IMG/VR virus record: IMGVR_UViG_3300012667_000655
Span: 1-43,240 of that record
Length of the DNA stretch: 43,240 nucleotides
From: a virus
Taxonomy: Duplodnaviria; Caudoviricetes
Strand: one strand, 5' to 3'
Below the pieces are notes generated by a model. It was given only the letters and a program-made list of their open reading frames with translations. It searched no databases and was not told the DNA's origin. Position numbers and translations under genes: made by a program. This document shows positions 42,053 through 43,240 of the stretch, one piece after another. How positions within the stretch are numbered: the stretch's first letter is position 1; every line of letters begins with the position of its first letter.

Positions 42053-42652
42053 TTTTTTTGTGAGCGTTCCTCGCCCCGTGTCAAAAACCCAGTCCGGCTC
42101 GATCCAGTCGAGGATGTCGTAGTGGCAGGACAGCAGGACGACCCGCTTGCCCTTCAGCCGGCGCCATGTCTTTGCGAACGCCAGCGCGCCGATCTTCGCG
42201 ATCTGCCGGTCGATCACCGACGTGAACTCGTCGACGACCAGGACGTCGGGGGGATCGCATAGGCACCGGGCGAGGCCGGCTCGGAATTGCTGGCCGTTGC
42301 TCAGGGCCTTGAACGGGCGAAGCCACGCGGGAACGTCGCCGAGCCCGACCGCTGCAAGCGATCCGGTCACGGTGTTGAAGTCGCCCCCGGGGGCGATTGC
42401 GTCAACGATTGGCTCGTCGTCCGGCCAGCCGGCGTAAAGGTCGGTGACGCCCCCTCCCAGCATTCGGCCGATGCTGCTCTTTCCAGACCCGGACGGCCCG
42501 ACCACGACGCCGATTTGCCACGGCTCGTCCGGCCCGGGAACGTCGGCGTCGAGGGAGAACGTGTCGCCGCGTTCGGGGTTGAACAGCGACTTGACGCGGG
42601 CGGCCCGGTAGGAGTTGAAGTCTCGGCAGGAATTGCGGATCTCGATTTTCAT
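41954..42652 (-). CDS. ABC-type ATPase domain
   Basis: GPSGSGKS, LSNGQ signature, VLVVDEFTS, SCH switch. No TM partner gene. Confidence 0.88.
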   Translation of the reverse strand: MKIEIRNSCRDFNSYRAARVKSLFNPERGDTFSLDADVPGPDEPWQIGVVVGPSGSGKSSIGRMLGGGVTDLYAGWPDDEPIVDAIAPGGDFNTVTGSLAAVGLGDVPAWLRPFKALSNGQQFRAGLARCLCDPPDVLVVDEFTSVIDRQIAKIGALAFAKTWRRLKGKRVVLLSCHYDILDWIEPDWVFDTGRGTLTKKAGLASPGNAPTSNSKFGRSIQVTGPCLSRITI

Positions 42653-43236
42653 ACGCAGACGACTTTGCAGTTGAGGCCTTCGGCCGTGAGCTTAGCGTAG
42701 ATTGCTTCTTGGTGGGCCTCGTCGCGGCAGATGACCGTCACGGCGAACTGGTCGGCAAAGTTGTCGCCGGGGTCTTCCTGGCCGGGCTCGCCGTCTTCCG
42801 GCCCCGGCGGGTTCAGGAACCGCTCGATGCTATCCCCGTCGAACCCCGTAAGGCTCAGGTCGAAGCCGTCCTCCCGGAGCGAGGAAAGCTCGACGCCGAG
42901 CAACTCCTCATCCCACCCGGCGTTCAGCGCGAGCTTATTGTCGGCGATGACGTAGGCCCGCTTTTGCGCGTCGGTCAGGTAGCCCAGCCGGAGGCAAGGC
43001 ACCTCGGCGAGCCCGAGCTTGCGGGCGGCGAGCACGCGGCCGTGGCCGGCGATGATGTCGTTGTCGGCCCCCACGAGGACCGGGTTCGTGAACCCAAACT
43101 CTCGGATCGACGCGGCGATCTGCGCGACCTGGTCGTCGTTGTGGGTGCGGGAATTCCGCGCGTAGGGGATCAGCGCCTCGATGTCGAGGTGCTCAATCTG
43201 CGGGCGGGTGTCGGTCGGTTTGGTCTTGGCGGCCAT
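42649..43236 (-). CDS. ParB/Srx N-terminal domain protein with small C-terminal domain
   Basis: LIPYARNSRTH, SIREFGFTNPVLV, IIAGHGR, ADNKLALNAGWD, C-terminal FAVTVICRDEAHQEAIY. Confidence 0.88.
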   Translation of the reverse strand: MAAKTKPTDTRPQIEHLDIEALIPYARNSRTHNDDQVAQIAASIREFGFTNPVLVGADNDIIAGHGRVLAARKLGLAEVPCLRLGYLTDAQKRAYVIADNKLALNAGWDEELLGVELSSLREDGFDLSLTGFDGDSIERFLNPPGPEDGEPGQEDPGDNFADQFAVTVICRDEAHQEAIYAKLTAEGLNCKVVCV

Positions 43237-43240
43237 GATG

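Noticed and set aside
41954-42652. ABC transporter
   Set aside because: There is no permease or substrate-binding gene, and the ATPase is linked to a GNAT domain.
22-42955. Numerous long plus-strand ORFs (e.g. 20306-22318, 30861-33023, 25199-26404)
   Set aside because: They are antisense shadows of GC-rich minus-strand genes, with no recognisable motifs and complete overlap with well-supported CDSs.
42649-43236. Plasmid-prophage partition system
   Set aside because: Only a ParB N-terminal domain is present, without HTH or ParA. No protelomerase is seen, and the phage has int and attP.

Overview
This is a near-complete genome of a GC-rich temperate tailed phage, with essentially every gene on the minus strand. 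Reading from the right end, it begins with a ParB-N / ABC-ATPase / GNAT / formyltransferase-fold cassette coupled to a lambda-type terminase (Nu1/GpA). Next come a lambda-type portal, an accessory block (beta-helix spike with signal peptide, trypsin-like protease, lipoprotein), a fused prohead protease-HK97 capsid gene and neck genes. A P2-like contractile tail and baseplate follows, interrupted by an endolysin and tRNA-Met island. The early region holds RecE/RecT-like genes, an excisionase, small ORFs, an intact attP (3' half of an initiator tRNA-Met) and a tyrosine integrase. Then come a DNA methyltransferase, Cro-like protein, SF2 helicase, VRR-NUC, primase-helicase, a likely origin and a Mor/C-family activator that runs off the left end and is absent from the ORF track. 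Hidden structure includes four exact copies of a 19-bp late-promoter box, each 17 bp upstream of a -10-like hexamer. There are also two -1 frameshift sites, an armless tRNA-like hairpin ending in ACCA beside the tRNA, a split baseplate-hub gene, a cationic 28-aa peptide coupled to the endolysin and pervasive non-Shine-Dalgarno C/A-rich leaders. All protein calls come from motif recognition by eye; no database search was run.
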